This document shows, one piece after another, positions 45,131-63,718 of a stretch of DNA of 64,000 nt. The stretch is from NCBI RefSeq assembly GCF_009914755.1, contig NC_060938.1; one strand, 5' to 3'. Position 1 is the first letter of the stretch. The number at the start of each line of letters is the position of its first letter. A program made the position numbers and the translations under genes. Source of the DNA: the human T2T-CHM13v2.0 reference genome, Homo sapiens. The notes beneath the pieces were generated by a model. It saw only the letters and a list, made by a program, of their open reading frames with translations. It made no database searches and was not told where the DNA came from.

Positions 45131-45660
45131 TGTATTAGTCAGGGTTCTCTAGAGGGACAGGACTAACAGGATACATGTATATACAAAAGGGAGTTTAAGG
45201 AGCGTTGACTCTCACGATCACAAGGTTAAGTCCCTCAATAGGCCGTCTGCGAGCTGAGGAGCAAGGAAGCCAGTCTGAGTCCCAAAAACTCAAAAGCAGG
45301 GAAGCCAACAGTGCAGCCTTCAGTCTGTGGCCAAAGACCCTAGAGCCCCTGGCAAACCACGGTATAAGTCCAAGAGTCTAAAAGCTGAAGAACTTGGAGT
45401 CCGATGTTTGAGGGCAGGAAGTATCCAGCATCAGAGAAAGATGAAGGCCAGAGGACTCAGCAAGTCTGCTCTTTCCACCTTCTGCCTGCTTTATTCTAGT
45501 CAGGCTGGCAGCCGATTAGATGGTGCCCACCCAGACTGAGGGCGGGTCTGCCACTCCCAGTCCACTGACTCAAATGTTTATCTCCTTCACAGACATACGC
45601 AGGAACAATACTTTGCATCCTTCAATCCAATGAAGTTGACACTCAATATTAACCATCACA
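45131..45660 (-). mobile_element. MLT2A (A2-like) ERVL solo LTR
   Basis: tgtattagtcagggttctctagagggacag...attaaccatcaca; perfect 5-bp TSD gcccc on both sides. Confidence 0.9.
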
Positions 45661-45699
45661 GCCCCCATGTTATTGAAAACTTTTTACTAACATCATGTG

Positions 45700-47310
45700 A
45701 AACTAATTTATTTAACCTCCTCCTGGACTATGAAAATTTGAAATAACATAAACAATGCTACAAAGAACATTTTTATGTATAAAATGTTGTTTGGATTTTT
45801 GATTCTTTCCATAAGATGAATTTCTAGAATTTAATACTGGATCAAGAGTAAAAACACATTTAAAATTCTTTATACGTACTGCCAAATTGCTTTCCAGATT
45901 GTACAGATTCACAGTTACTACTATAAGTGCTCACCATGCTACATCATTGACAGCATTGAGTATTATCATCTTCTATCTTTGCTAATTCCATGAGTGAAAA
46001 GGCATGTATCTTTTTCATTTGCATTTTTGTGTTACTTGTAAGAAGAAATTTTCTAACACTGGTTAGTATTTTTTCTTTGATTTTTTTGAATATCTTTCTT
46101 TGTTTACCTAGTACAATTTGTATGAGCTCTTCATATTTACAACTTTAATTATATTCTTCTTGTGTTATTTTTATTGCAAATATTTTCCTAGCCTATATTT
46201 TGTCTTTGAATTTTGTTAATGATTTTACTGCTTTTTAATGTGATCAAATCTATCAATAATTTGTTTCTTCCTTTTATTAAGCTTGCAAAGTTCATCTTCA
46301 CTTGAAGATCAAAAATATATCCACCTATATACTTTCTGTAGCATTTTGTTTCAAAACATTTTCAAACTCACAGAAAAGTTGTAAGAATAGCTTGAATAAC
46401 TCATCTATTCTTTAGCAAGATGCATTAATTTTTAACATTTTGCCACATTTGCTTTATCATCTCTCACTGTCTCATGTATATGCATGTAATTTATTTTTCT
46501 AAACTATTTGAGAGTAGATTGCTACAACATGACCCTTTGCTTCTTGATAAATGAATGTGCATTTTCTAGGACCAAGAATATTTGGTTTCAGAACAGTTTT
46601 CAAATTCAGAGAATTTAATGTTGATACCATATTTTTACCTTATCTGCAGTCTATGTTCCAATCTTTTCAAATGTTCTCATAATGCCCCTTATGTCATTTT
46701 TCCCCCTCAGGTACAGGATCCAGTTAAGATGATGTATTGTATTTAGTTGCCATGTCTCTTTGGTCTCCCTTCATCTGGAGGAATTCCTCAGCTTTTCTAT
46801 ATCTTTCATATCTTAATTTTTGAATAATGCAAGTGAGTTATTTCATAGAATATCCTCAATTTGAGTTTATCTGTTTCCTCAAGAGTAGATTCAGGTTACA
46901 CATTCCCAGTAATGTTTTTATCCTTCTCATGGTATCACATCTAGAAGCACACAATATTCATCTAACCTCATTGGTGATTTTAATTTTGATTACCCGGTCA
47001 TGGTATTGTAAGGTCTTTCTTCTGTGTAATTAGGGATTTTTCTTTTGTAATTAGTAACAATCCATAGGAAGATACATTGAGAGCAAGCAAATATCATCTT
47101 CTTCATACTTTCCCCATAGATTTAGCATCTGTGCGTGACTTGCTCCAACCAATCTTTACTATATGATTGCAAAATGCTAATTTTCCAACTCTACTTCTCC
47201 CTCTACACTTAGTGGACAGAAAAGTCCTCTAATCTTCCATTCATTCACTCATTTATCTATTTTTATCACTATGTATTCATAGATTTCTTTTTTATTCAAT
47301 GTTTATTCTA
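45700..47310 (-). mobile_element. L1ME and L1MC relics
   Basis: 'tactgccaaattgctttccaga'; 'ttttcaaactcacagaaaagttgtaagaatag...ttaacattttgccacatttgcttt'. Confidence 0.7.
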
Positions 47311-47459
47311 TTCTTACAATTGATTTTAAATCTTTGGTCTGCTTTGTTAATTTTTAGCACAGTTGATTTTATTATTATGAAAAAGCTTTATTCTTTGAGA
47401 ATTTGTGCTACTGTAATTTCAAAATATTTTCATAATTATTATTCATTTTATCTTCATTT

Positions 47460-47832
47460 GAACTGTCTACTGCTACATAAAAAACCCTTCCAAAATCTAG
47501 TGGCTTAACACAACAACAATTTATTATTTCTCACAATCTCACTCATTCAGCCTCAGTTAACTGTAGGAAGATCCTGGAGGGTCTCACTCACATGCCAGGG
47601 TGGTTAGCTGGGTCTCTGTCACCACAAGCTCTTGCCTGGGCCTCTCTGCATGGTGATTTCAGGGTTCTACGAGGGCAAGAGTGGAAGCTGCCAGGCTACT
47701 TGAGGTCTTGCTTGGAAGTCAAAAGTCACATAAATTCATTAGAACAAGTCACCAGACCAGCGCAGAATCAAGAGGCAAGGAGATGTATTATTCCTCCTGC
47801 TGGGAGGAGAGGCAGAGTACTTGTAGCCATCT
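47460..47832 (-). mobile_element. MLT1 solo LTR
   Basis: 'ccaaaatctagtggcttaacacaacaacaatttattatttctcacaatc'. Confidence 0.7.
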
Positions 47833-47946
47833 TTAATTCACCGCAGTCCCAACAGTAATCCCCAAAATGAAGACAGCTGGTTATTATCATTTGTCTTTAA
47901 CGATGAGGAAACTGAGGTACGGAGAGGTACATCAATATAGTATAAA

Positions 47947-48210
47947 GCAGTGTCACTTTGAAAATGGACTGCACTCCAACACCACTAATATGAAAATTCT
48001 CAGATCCCACCCCAGGCCTACTAAGTTAGTATAGAGATACTATCTCCATACTATGTTATTACTATAATAATAGAGATACTATAGAAATAGATACCATAGT
48101 ATCATTCCACAATAATACAGATGCTATGCCTAGGAATAGATACCAGGAATCTGCACATTAATAAACTCTTTAGGTGACTCTTATGCACCCTAGGGTTAGA
48201 GAAGCAGTGA
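47947..48210. mobile_element. MER5-like hAT-Charlie MITE with internal patchwork insertion
   Basis: 'cccaccccaggcctactaag' and 'ccaggaatctgcacattaataaactctttaggtgactcttatgcac...gagaagcagtg'. Confidence 0.7.
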
Positions 48211-49654
48211 TACCAGAACAAATGAATTGGAAGTGAGTGAAATAACACTTGTGGTCCAGCCTTGCCACCTGCTAGCAGGGTGACCCTAAGTAGATCATGT
48301 ACCCTTTCAGAAGTTCAGTTTTTCTTATAGGAAAAAAAACTGCTAATAATATCTGCTTTGCCTTCTCCAGCAACCTAATATGAATATCAAGAGATGTTGC
48401 ATGGAAAAGCAGGCAGTGCAATAATGATGAATATGGTAATATTGTCCAAGATTAAATAATGTATTAGTAAGAGAATTAAGACTAAAACAGCTGATTTTCT
48501 GGTCTTAAATCTCTTTAGGAGCAAACACTAACTGGGCCAGAAGCTTTTCAGCCTTTCCTAGATCTTCAGAGCTACAGCAAACCGCAATACTAATTACAAA
48601 GAGCAGGCAAGGAGTCAAGTGTGATGTGCTTTCAATGAAATAAAGAATCCCTTTTCTCTCCTCTCTTCTTCCTCTGTGGCACAGACCACTTCATTCCCTA
48701 AACAAGCTCACAGACCATCACAGCAGGGCATGGCCATCTTCCTTTTCATGGGAAAGGATTATTGAGTGGGAAGTGCTCAAGATGAGTGAGTGTTACTGGG
48801 GAGTAGGAGGTGGAGTGACAATCCTGGCCTAGATTGTGTTTTTCAAGTTTGATGCATGTCAGTGAAATGGCATCTACAGCCTGCTGAAGCTTTTGGAGAG
48901 TCAGAATTTGAGAGCTTGTGGGTGAGAAATTGCAATCTCTCCCTGATTATTCACCTCCTCCAATCTATATGTTTAATTCACCCACTCTCAATCTAATCTT
49001 CCCTGCAAGCAATTTTCTAAATTTCAAAAAGCTGGTTGCTGTCTTCTCAACTGTCTCCATCTTCCTCAAACTCAGCCTAATGTAGAAAGGAGGTTGGAAA
49101 GTTTAGATAATTCCCTCATCCTACTTAACCATAAACCTAATTTTCCAACCGAGAAAAAAGGTGATGTATCCAGGCATTAAAAAGAAGTACCACCTATTGA
49201 AAAAAAAGGCAGCATAGATTTCCTGGGTTCAAAGCCTAGCTCCAACCATCCTTTAATGACCTTTGGCACTTACTCTGTTCCTTTCCTCTTCTTTAAAATG
49301 AGAATGATGATTATAACACAGAAATATTATAAGAACAATGTAAGTTAATACATACGAAGCCCTTAGAGCAATGCCTGCCACATGAAATGACATGGAGCAT
49401 TATAGATATTTCTACACCGTACTAGATTACCACAGCAACTGCCTATCTGGTCTCCCGCTTTTAATTTTTCTTTGCATCTCATCCATCCTCCTATGATGAA
49501 CCTTTCTCGATCACTGTTAAGTCCTCCTTCCCCCAACTTAAATAATGTATTACCCATTGCATGCACTACAAACTCCCTGGCTTACCATTTAAGATACTCT
49601 TCTCATCAGTCCCTTTAACTCTATTCAACCACATTACCCAATATCTCTACAAAG

Positions 49655-49871
49655 CAGTTTCTTACCCTCAGTGCTATTGAAATTTGGGGCTAGATAATTC
49701 TTTGTTGTGGAGGGGCTGTTCTGTACATCTCATCAGGGATGTTTGGCAGCATCCCTGCCTCTACCCACTAGATGCCAGGAGCAACCTTCAACTGTGACAA
49801 CCAAATAAGTTTCCAGATATTGCGCAATGTCCTCCAGGAAATAAAAATCTCCACCTAGCTGAGAATCACTG
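49655..49871. mobile_element. MER20 hAT-Charlie element
   Basis: 'tgaaatttggggctagataattctttgttgtggagggg...ctctacccactagatgccag...tgagaatcactg'; ctctacaa on both flanks. Confidence 0.88.
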
Positions 49872-49969
49872 CTCTACAAGACCCATCTCTATTGCTACGC
49901 TTTCCTTATCATTTCTGAAATGTGCCTGAACCGATCTCATTTAGGTTCCTTTTCTCAAATAATGTTACT

Positions 49970-50323
49970 TTTTTAAATTTGGCATAATATACATAACATA
50001 AAATTTACCATTTTAAGTGTACAGTTCAGCGGCATTAAGTACATTCACGTTGCTATGAAATCATCACCACCATCTATCTCCAGAACTTTTTGATCTTTCT
50101 AAACTGAACTCCTTACTCATTAAACAATAATTCCCATTCCCCCTTCTTCCAGCCCCTGGCAACCACCATGCTACTTTTTGTCTCTGTGAATTTGACTACT
50201 TTAGGTATCTCTCAGAAATAAGCATCATAGGATAGTTCTTTTCATGTCTGCTTTATTTCACCTATAATAATATCTGCAAGGCTTATCTGTATTACAAAAG
50301 GTGTCAAACTTTCATTCTTTTTT
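49970..50323 (-). mobile_element. L1MB 3' end (left part of the host)
   Basis: 'acataacataaaatttaccattttaagtgtacagttcag...cagcccctggcaaccaccat'. Confidence 0.85.
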
Positions 50324-50544
50324 GTTATTTATTTATATTTTATTATATTTTAAGTTCTGGGATACATGGGCAGAACGTGCAGGTTTGTTACATAGCTATA
50401 CACGATCCATGGTGGTTTGCTGCACCCATCAACCTGTCATCTACATTAAGTATTTCTCCTAATGCTATCCCTCCCCTATCCCCCTACACCCCAACAGGCC
50501 CCGGTATGTGATGTTCCCTCCCTGTGTCCATGTGTTCTCATTGT

Positions 50545-54337
<3,793 letters not shown>

Positions 54338-54404
54338 TATGATGCTAGCTGGTTATTTTGCCCGTTAGTTGATGCAGTTTCTTTATAGTGTTGATGGTCT
54401 TTAT

Positions 54405-55416
54405 TTGGTATGTTTTTGCAGTGGCTGGTACCAGTTTTTCCTTTCCATATTTAGTGCTTCCTTCGGGAGCTCTTGTAAGGCAGGCCTGGTAGTGAGACAA
54501 AAATCTCTCAGCATTTGCTTGTCTGTAGAGGATTTTATTTCTCCTTCGCTTACAAAGCTTAGTTTGGCTGGATGTGAAATTCTGGGTTGAAAATTCTTTC
54601 TTTTTAAGAATGTTGAATATTGGCCCCCACTCTCTTCTGGCTTTTAGGGTTTCTGCAGAGAGATCTGCTGTTAGTCTGATGGGCTTCCCTTTGTGGGTAA
54701 CCCGATCTTTCTCTCTGGGTGCCCTTAACATTTTTTCCTTCATTTCAGCCTCGGTGAATCTGATGATTATGTGTCTTGGGGTTGCTCTTCTTGAGAAGTA
54801 TCTTTGTGGTGTTCTCTGTATTTCCTGAATTTGAATGTTGGCCTGTCTTGCTAGGTTGGGGAAGTTCTCCTGGATAATATCCTGAAGAGTGTTTTCCAAC
54901 TTGGTTACATTCTCCCTGTCACTTTCAGGTACACCAATCAAACATAGGTTTGGTCTTTACACATAGTCCCATATTTTCTGGAGGCTCTGTTTGTTCCTTT
55001 TCATTCTTTTTTCTCTAATATTGTCTTCACGCTTTATTTCATTAAGTTGATCTTCAATCTCCAACATCCTTTCTTCTGCTTGATCGATTTGGCTACTGAT
55101 ACTTGTGTGTGCTTCACAAAGTTCTCATGCTGTGATTTGCAGCTCCATCAGGCCATTTATGTTCTTCTCTAAACTGGTTATTCTAGTTAGCAATTCCTCT
55201 AACCTTTTTTCAAGGTTCTTAGCTTCCTTGCTTTGGGTTAGAACATGCTCCTTTAGCTCAGAGGAATTTGTTATTACCCACCTTCTGAAGCCTTCTTCTG
55301 TCAGTTCATCAAACTCGTTTTCCATCCCTTGCTGGTGAGGAGTTGTGATCCTTTGGAGGAGAAGAGGCCTTCTGGTTTTTGGAGTTTTCAGCCTTTTTGC
55401 ACTGGTTTTTCCTCAT
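54405..55416 (-). pseudogene. ORF1: L1 ORF1 remnant, frameshifted
   Basis: MRKNQCKKAENSKNQ..., MENEFDELTEEGFRRW..., IGVPESD...ARREWGPIF in separate ORFs. Confidence 0.9.
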
Positions 55417-56603
55417 CTTTGTGGATTTAACTACCTTTGGTCTTTGATGTTGGTGACCTTTGGACGGGGTTTGTGTGGTCATCCTGTGTGTTGACATTGA
55501 TGCTATTCCTTTCTGTTTGTTAGTTTTCCTTCTAACAGTCAGGCCCCTCTGCTGCAGGTCTGCTGGAGGTCCACTCCAGAACCTGTTTGCCTGGGGTATC
55601 ACCAGTGGAGGCTGCAGAATAGCAGACTGCTGCCTGTTCCTTCCTCTGGAAGTTTTGTCCCAGAGGGGCATTTGCCAAATGCCAGCTGGAGCTCTCCTGT
55701 ATGAGGTGTCTGTCAACCCTGGCTGGGAAGTGTCTCCCAGTCAGGAGGCACAGGGGTCAGGGACCCACTTGAGGAGGCAGTCTGTCCCTTAGCAGAACTC
55801 AAGCTCTGTGCTGGGAGATCTGCTGCTCACTTCAGCGTCACCAGGCAGGAACTTTTAAGTCTGCTGAAGCTGTGTCCGCAGCCACCCCTTCCCCCAGGTG
55901 CTCTATCCCAGGTAGAGGAAAGTTTTATCTATAAGCCCCTGACTGGGGATGCTGCCTTTCTTTCAGAGATGCTCTGCTCAGAGAGGAAGAATCTAGAGAG
56001 GTAGTCTGGCTACAGTGGCTTTGCCAAGCTGTGGTGGACTCTGCCCAGTTCAAACTTCCAGGCAGCTTTGTCTACAAGGTGAAGGGAAAACCGCCTACTC
56101 AAGCCTCAGTAATGGCAGACAACCCTCCCCCAACCAAGCTCGAGTGTCCCAGGTCGACTTCAGACTTAACTGTGCTGGCAGTGAGAATTTCAAGCCAGCA
56201 GATCTTAGCTTGCTGGGCTCCATGGGCTTCAGCCCCCTTTCCAGTGGAGTGAACGATCTGTCTCACTGGCATTCCAGGCACCACTGGGGTATGAAAAAAA
56301 AAACTCCTGCAGCTAGCTCAGTGTCTGCCCAAATGGCCGCCCAGTTTTGTGCTTGAAACCCAGAGCCCTGGTGGGGTAGGCACCCAAGGGAATCTCCTGG
56401 TCTGTGGGTTGCAAAGACCATGGGAAAAGCGTGGTATCTGTGTGACAGCTACATCCCTCATGGCACAGTCCCTTACGGCTTCCCTTGGCTAGGGGAGGGA
56501 GTTCCCCAACCCCTTGCACTTCCTGGGTGAGATGATGCCCCACCCTGCTTTGGCTAGCCCTCCATGAGCTCCACCCACTGCCTAACCAGTGCCAATGAGA
56601 TGA

Positions 56604-56940
<337 letters not shown>

Positions 56941-56944
56941 GTGC

Positions 56945-57460
56945 CTCTGCTTTCAGTTCTCTTAGGTATATACCCAGAAGTGAAACTGCTAGATCATAAA
57001 GTAATTCTGTTTAATTTTTTGCTGAATCATCATACTGTTTTCCACAGCAGTGGCACGATTTTACTTTCCCACTAACAATGCATTGGAATAACTTCAAGTA
57101 ACTTCATACCCATTCTCACTGAGTTTTAGTTTCTGTTTTTTTAATAATAGCCATCCTAATGCATATGAAGCGATTTTGATTTGCGTTGAGATTTTGATTT
57201 GCCTTTCCCTAATGATTAGTGACTTTGAGCATCTTTTTATGTGTATATTGGCCATTTTTATATCTTCTTTAGAGAAATCTCTATCTAATTCTTTGCCTAT
57301 TTTTTAATCAAGTTGCTTGGTTTTTTATTATTTGTAGGAGTTCTTTATTTATTTGGAATATTAATCCCATATAAGATACATAATCTGCAAATATTTTCTC
57401 CCATGCCATTGATTACCTCTTCACTCTGTTGGTAGGGTCTTTTGATGCACAGATGTTCAA
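56945..57460 (-). mobile_element. L1MB continuation (right part of the host)
   Basis: 'ctgctttcagttctcttaggtatatacccagaagtg...atagccatcctaatg...tttccctaatgattagtga'. Confidence 0.85.
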
Positions 57461-57545
57461 AGTATATTGTTTTAATTTAAAAAACTAAATTAAAATTAAA
57501 ATTAGATTTTAAATTAAAAACAGAGAGTCCTTGAAAGAGCTGTCC

Positions 57546-57869
57546 AGCCAGGTGTGGTGGCTTATACCTGTAATCTGAAAACTTTGGCAGGGCCAACGCA
57601 GGAGGATTGCTTGAGCACAGGAGTTTGAGATCAGCTTGGGAAAAATAGTGAGACCCCATCTCTACAAAAAAAAAAAAAAAAAAAAAAAAAAAAAGCCAAA
57701 AAAAATTAGCCAGGTATGCTGGCACATGCATCTAGTCCTAGCTACATGCATGTGGGAGATATAGGTGGGAAGATGGATTAAGCCCAGGAATTTGAGGTTC
57801 CAGTGAGCTATCAACACACTGCTGCACTCCGGCCTGGTGACAGAGCAAGGTGCTATCTCTAAAAATAAA
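57546..57869 (+). mobile_element. AluJ with expanded central poly(A)
   Basis: Perfect TSD gaaagagctgtcc (57533-57545 and 57870-57882). Confidence 0.92.
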
Positions 57870-57934
57870 GAAAGAGCTGTCCTCAAACAAACATAAACCT
57901 GCAATATGTAATTTAGTACTACCTGCATAAAGCA

Positions 57935-58443
57935 TATATTGATTTTCTGTTACTGCTATAATAAATTACCATAAATTTAGTGGCTTAAAACACTACAAAC
58001 TTACAATCTTACAGTTCTGTAGGTCAGAGTTCTGAAATGGGTCTTTCAGGGCTAAAATTAAGGTGTCAGTGAGGCTGCATTTCTTCTGGAGGGTCTAGAG
58101 GAGAATATGTCTTCTTGCCTCTTCCAGCTCCTAGAAACCAACCATATTTCTTGGCTTATGGCCCCTTCTTCCATCTTCACAGCCAGCAGCTTTGCATTGC
58201 TCTCTGACCATTCTTCCATAGCCACATCTCCCTCAGACTCTCATCTCAGAGGAAAGGTTCTTTTAAGAATTCATTTGATGAATTTGGGCTTATTCAAATA
58301 ATCCAGGATGATCTCCCCATCTCAAGGTCCTCAACTTTTCTCACACCTGCAAAGTTCCTTTTGCCATATAAAGTAACATATTCACAGGTTCCAGAGATTC
58401 AAATGTGGACATCTTGGAGACTCCATTTTTCTTCCTGCCACAA
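57935..58443 (-). mobile_element. MLT1C/D solo LTR
   Basis: 'aaattaccataaatttagtggcttaaaaca...cttacagttctgtaggtcaga...gtaacatattcacaggttccagagatt'. Confidence 0.85.
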
Positions 58444-59056
58444 AGAGTAAAAAAAATATGAAGCATAAGTAAACCTGGAATTGGTGTTGTTATATGACTT
58501 TCTGAACACATTTTCTCTCTCTCATCTCAACTGAGCAGCATGGTAACTGCATCCTCTGGACTTGTGGATGCTAAGTGAATTTCTATAGACTCTCATGACC
58601 ATCTGCTTTACTGACCAAGATATTTTATGAATTCACACTCTCTTTTCTGGTTTAGAATAATCAATATCAGAAACAGATGGGGTGAAATCTTCTGAAGTTT
58701 CTTCATAACTAAAGTTATCATAACTAAAGTTTGTCATACGTGAAACAAAGGAAGTTAGAAAAATCTAGAAAACTTTAAATGCTACCTCCAGATTAAGTTT
58801 TAGTATATACACTATAAATATATCCAGTATTCATAGAAAGTATGCTAATTACCTATATAAGTATGTAATAGATGTTCAACCAAAAGTAGACAATGGGATT
58901 CTCCCTTAAATATTAATACCCCAGAGATGCCTGGCACTAGACAATAGAGAAAGAGCCATCATATGTAATTATATAGGTTGTTTTCAGCACAAAGTGCCTA
59001 AAATCCCTCTTCTGCTCCATCCCTAATCCGTGCCCCCAGGACCATAGAGAAGACGG

Positions 59057-59767
<711 letters not shown>

Positions 59768-61139
59768 TTCACAAAGCTTTTGTATAAGCTATTGGTGGCC
59801 TGACTTGGAGGACATTGGGTAAGAAAGGAGAAACACCCTTAGCAGCTCCTTACTGGGACACACAGTTAGCCATCTTCAGGACCCTAAGAGAGGCTCAACA
59901 TACACTTTCCAAAGTATTCTAGTTCACGGCCAGCAGAGTATGGAGTAGCCAACAGTGATATATAACTCCTATCCCTAGATATATAGCTGAAATATTCTGT
60001 GCAGAGTCAAGCTCACAGTCTCCATATGTAGACATCAGTCTTTCACGGCCTCCACCTTAGCTTCTATCATCCCATTCTATATCCATTTTGGCCAGGTCTA
60101 CCATGAACTGTTCATTTTAATTCAATGGTCCCTTTACCAACCAATACAGATAGAGCACCAGATATAGCTGCTTTCTGAGAGAAAACATCAGCTTATCTAA
60201 AATAGGCCCCAAAAGTGACAAGGGGATCCACCAAAGTAAACCCCACTTACATAAGGCCAATCACTTTTAAGCTTCTCATTTTATCAAAATATATTTGACT
60301 AATCTCAACATCAGTCAGTTTAGAACTACAGGCTAGCCACTAAGTCAGGGGACATAGGTTAAGAAATGACTGGTTAATAGTAAAATACATATAAAATAAT
60401 GTTATTATGTTTCCAGACTTTATTGTTACCCTGTACACAAGCAGAGAGGTAGTGAGGTGGGGTGGGGGAGGAAACAATGAGTCAGAGAGAGAGAAAGATG
60501 CATTAGAAACCACCCAGCATAACCTCATATACAAAGATAAAATTCATCATCATCGAAAGAATTCTCTGAGATGCTTTTTGTTAAGAGCCCACAATTTGCT
60601 TTTTCCCATGCAAAAATGTACTATTCAAACACTGACAAACAATATCTAAGAATCCCAAGTGGAGATAATGCTATACCATTGGCTTGTCATTCATTTTAAG
60701 GACTTTTTATTGTAGAATAGGGAAGAGCTGATAGAAATGATATGGTTCTGTAGAAATAAATATTTTAGTAAAATCACACACATTTCTGCAGATCCATACA
60801 TTGAATGTCTGTTTCTTTTAGAAAATCAAATACAAATGAATGTTGTTGGAAAGAAATGTATTGGAATTCCTTTTCAAAATCTTTCTTTTCCTTTTGTATA
60901 CATCTTAGAAGAAATGAAATGCAATCCTTTACAGAGGCAGTGAAGTGAGAGCCTGTCTAATGACTCCAGGATTTTGAGTAAAAGTACACTGTAGCACAAT
61001 ATTCACAACGAACAAATAAAGATGCAGTTTGCAGTCTGCCTGGTTAAGATTTCCAGGCTCGTGTGCAGCCTCTCCCCAGTGTGCGTGGTCATATCTCTAA
61101 GCACAGCAGATTTCCTACCCATGTCCTGAGTTTTCTGAC

Positions 61140-61500
61140 CTTCAGTCCTTTGGACAGACTTCCCACTGTCTGTAATCCCCATTTCCCCTTATCAACCTGA
61201 CAAACTCCCATTTATCAATTAAGGCCCAGCTGACATGCCATTTCTCATTAGTTGCCCTGACCTTTTTTCTGCCTTTTCCTCTACTGTGACTGCAGAATTA
61301 TTAACTTAGCATTTGTGTTTCCAAGCACTTATATTATGTGTGCTTCTATTACAGCAACTATCACAATGCGTTCTTACTTGTGAATGTGTACATATGCCAT
61401 CCACCTCTAGGCCTAGCTTCTTCAGGAAACTTTATTCCTCATTTTTCCAGTACCCAGAGGCTAGCACGTTACATGACATAGTTTGGTGAATAGAATTCAA
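61140..61500 (+). mobile_element. L2 3' relic
   Basis: 'aaactcccatttatcaattaaggcccagctgacatgcca', 'tgtgtttccaagcactt'. Confidence 0.55.
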
Positions 61501-62258
61501 TAGAGGAAACGTATAATAAATGAACTTTCTTTTCCCTGAGATGATATCTGTCCCAGAGAATATAGAAATATCTTTACAAGACCAATAATGAGCTTAATGG
61601 TACTTAATATCAATTATGTTCAATCTTCAATTTCAGAAATAGCTTCAGTTAGGGTTTTTTTAAACCAATGGCAGTTAAACGAAGATATTAAAGGAAATCT
61701 TATTGCAGCAATTGCTCAAGTTGAAACAGGTTTGAGAACAAATCCAATTTAAATACATGCCATTTACTTCTATTTACCTATAGGATGTTTAAAATGGAAC
61801 ACTTTGGGACAGAATTATAAAAGTCTCCATCTTCAATTGTGAGTTGTGATGAAGTCTTTTTTACAGCTTTTCAAACATTATACTGTGGTTGGTTATTCAA
61901 AAGTTCAAATTATCACAGATTGTTCCACAGTCATAGATTGCTAACTATAACACTTATTTAAATGAACCTATCCTCTATGGAAAGCCCTGATTCCAAAGGA
62001 TTAGCTGTTGACTTCCACAAAATGGCACAAATTAGGACAATTTTCCTAGGCCCTCTCTGTACAATTTCATGCTCTTGTAATGATGGCCAGCAACTCAGGG
62101 CACCAGCTGATGAAAAGAGGTGTACCTCCTCCAACTGGGGTTTTTTAAACACCTGTGGCTGCAAAGATTTTTAAAATCTTAATACCCAGCTAGTGATGTT
62201 ATGGAGAAATTAGCATTTTCATAACATTTTGATGAGTTTTGGTAGACCAAAAAAATAA

Positions 62259-62598
<340 letters not shown>

Positions 62599-62677
62599 TA
62601 TATCAAGGACTTTTTAAATGTTCAGATGCTTTCTACTGAATTTTATCCCTAAAACTCTCCCATAAAGATCTCAATGA

Positions 62678-62989
62678 TGCCAGACGCAGTGGCTCATGCC
62701 TGTAATCCCAGCATTTTGGAAGGCTGAGGCAAGAGGATTGCTTGAGGCCAGAAGTTTTAGACCAGCCTGGTCAACATAATGAGACCTCGTCTCTACAAAA
62801 AAAAAAAAAAATTTAATTAGCCAAGCATGATGGCACGCACCTGTAGTCCCAGCTACTCAGTAGGCTGAGGTGAGAGGATTACTTGAGATCAGAAATTTGA
62901 GGCTACAGTGAGCTATGATCACACCACTGCACTCCAGCCTGGGTAACAGATTGAGACCCTATCTATAAAGAGAGAAAAATAAAAAATGA
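62678..62989 (+). mobile_element. AluJ
   Basis: 'ggattgcttgaggccagaagtt', 'gaggctacagtgagctatgatc'; TSD aa(a/g)gatctcaatg. Confidence 0.92.
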
Positions 62990-63585
62990 AAGGATCTCAA
63001 TGGTGATGTTTCCAGGTGCTCTCTGAGTCCTTGCTGCATGTAACACTTATTTCTTTGTGCCATTTGTTTTCTGAGAGCAAGTTCATCTTCCATTTACCCA
63101 AAAGATCTCAAAGCAGTGCCTATTATTTATGCGGTTGTCATGGCTGCTTTTCTGCTGGAGTCAGTTTTTCTCTCACTTGAATGGTTATGCAAGAATATTA
63201 GTCATTATTTGAATAACTTGGTCATATTTTCTTGCATTTATAGAATAACATATTCTGCTCTGTATCATTTGTAGCAGCAAACATAAAACCAGGTTTGATT
63301 TCAGAACAAATCCAATTGAGTTGTTCAGCTGATGGCATTTGGGGGAAAAGAAAAAAACTAGACTTGGAAACTGTCCCTCTGTTTTTAAATTGTTTAACCC
63401 TTTATCAAAGGAAATCTTACACATATGTGAAAACAAATACTTGTCTTAAAAAGCAGAGCATATGTGATGGGAGAAGAAGTCAAGAGCACTAGATACCATG
63501 ATGGTCCCACCTCATTCCCTCCCCTGCTGCCTGGCCTCCTCTGAACACAATATGAAAAACACTGTCCCATTGTCTGTAAGTTCTT

Positions 63586-63718
<133 letters not shown>

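Noticed and set aside
58703-58731. Short tandem duplications here and at 3565-3599, 20886-20917, about 41593-41621 and about 57172-57203
   Set aside because: Two-copy slippage products without spacers; not CRISPR-like or otherwise organised.
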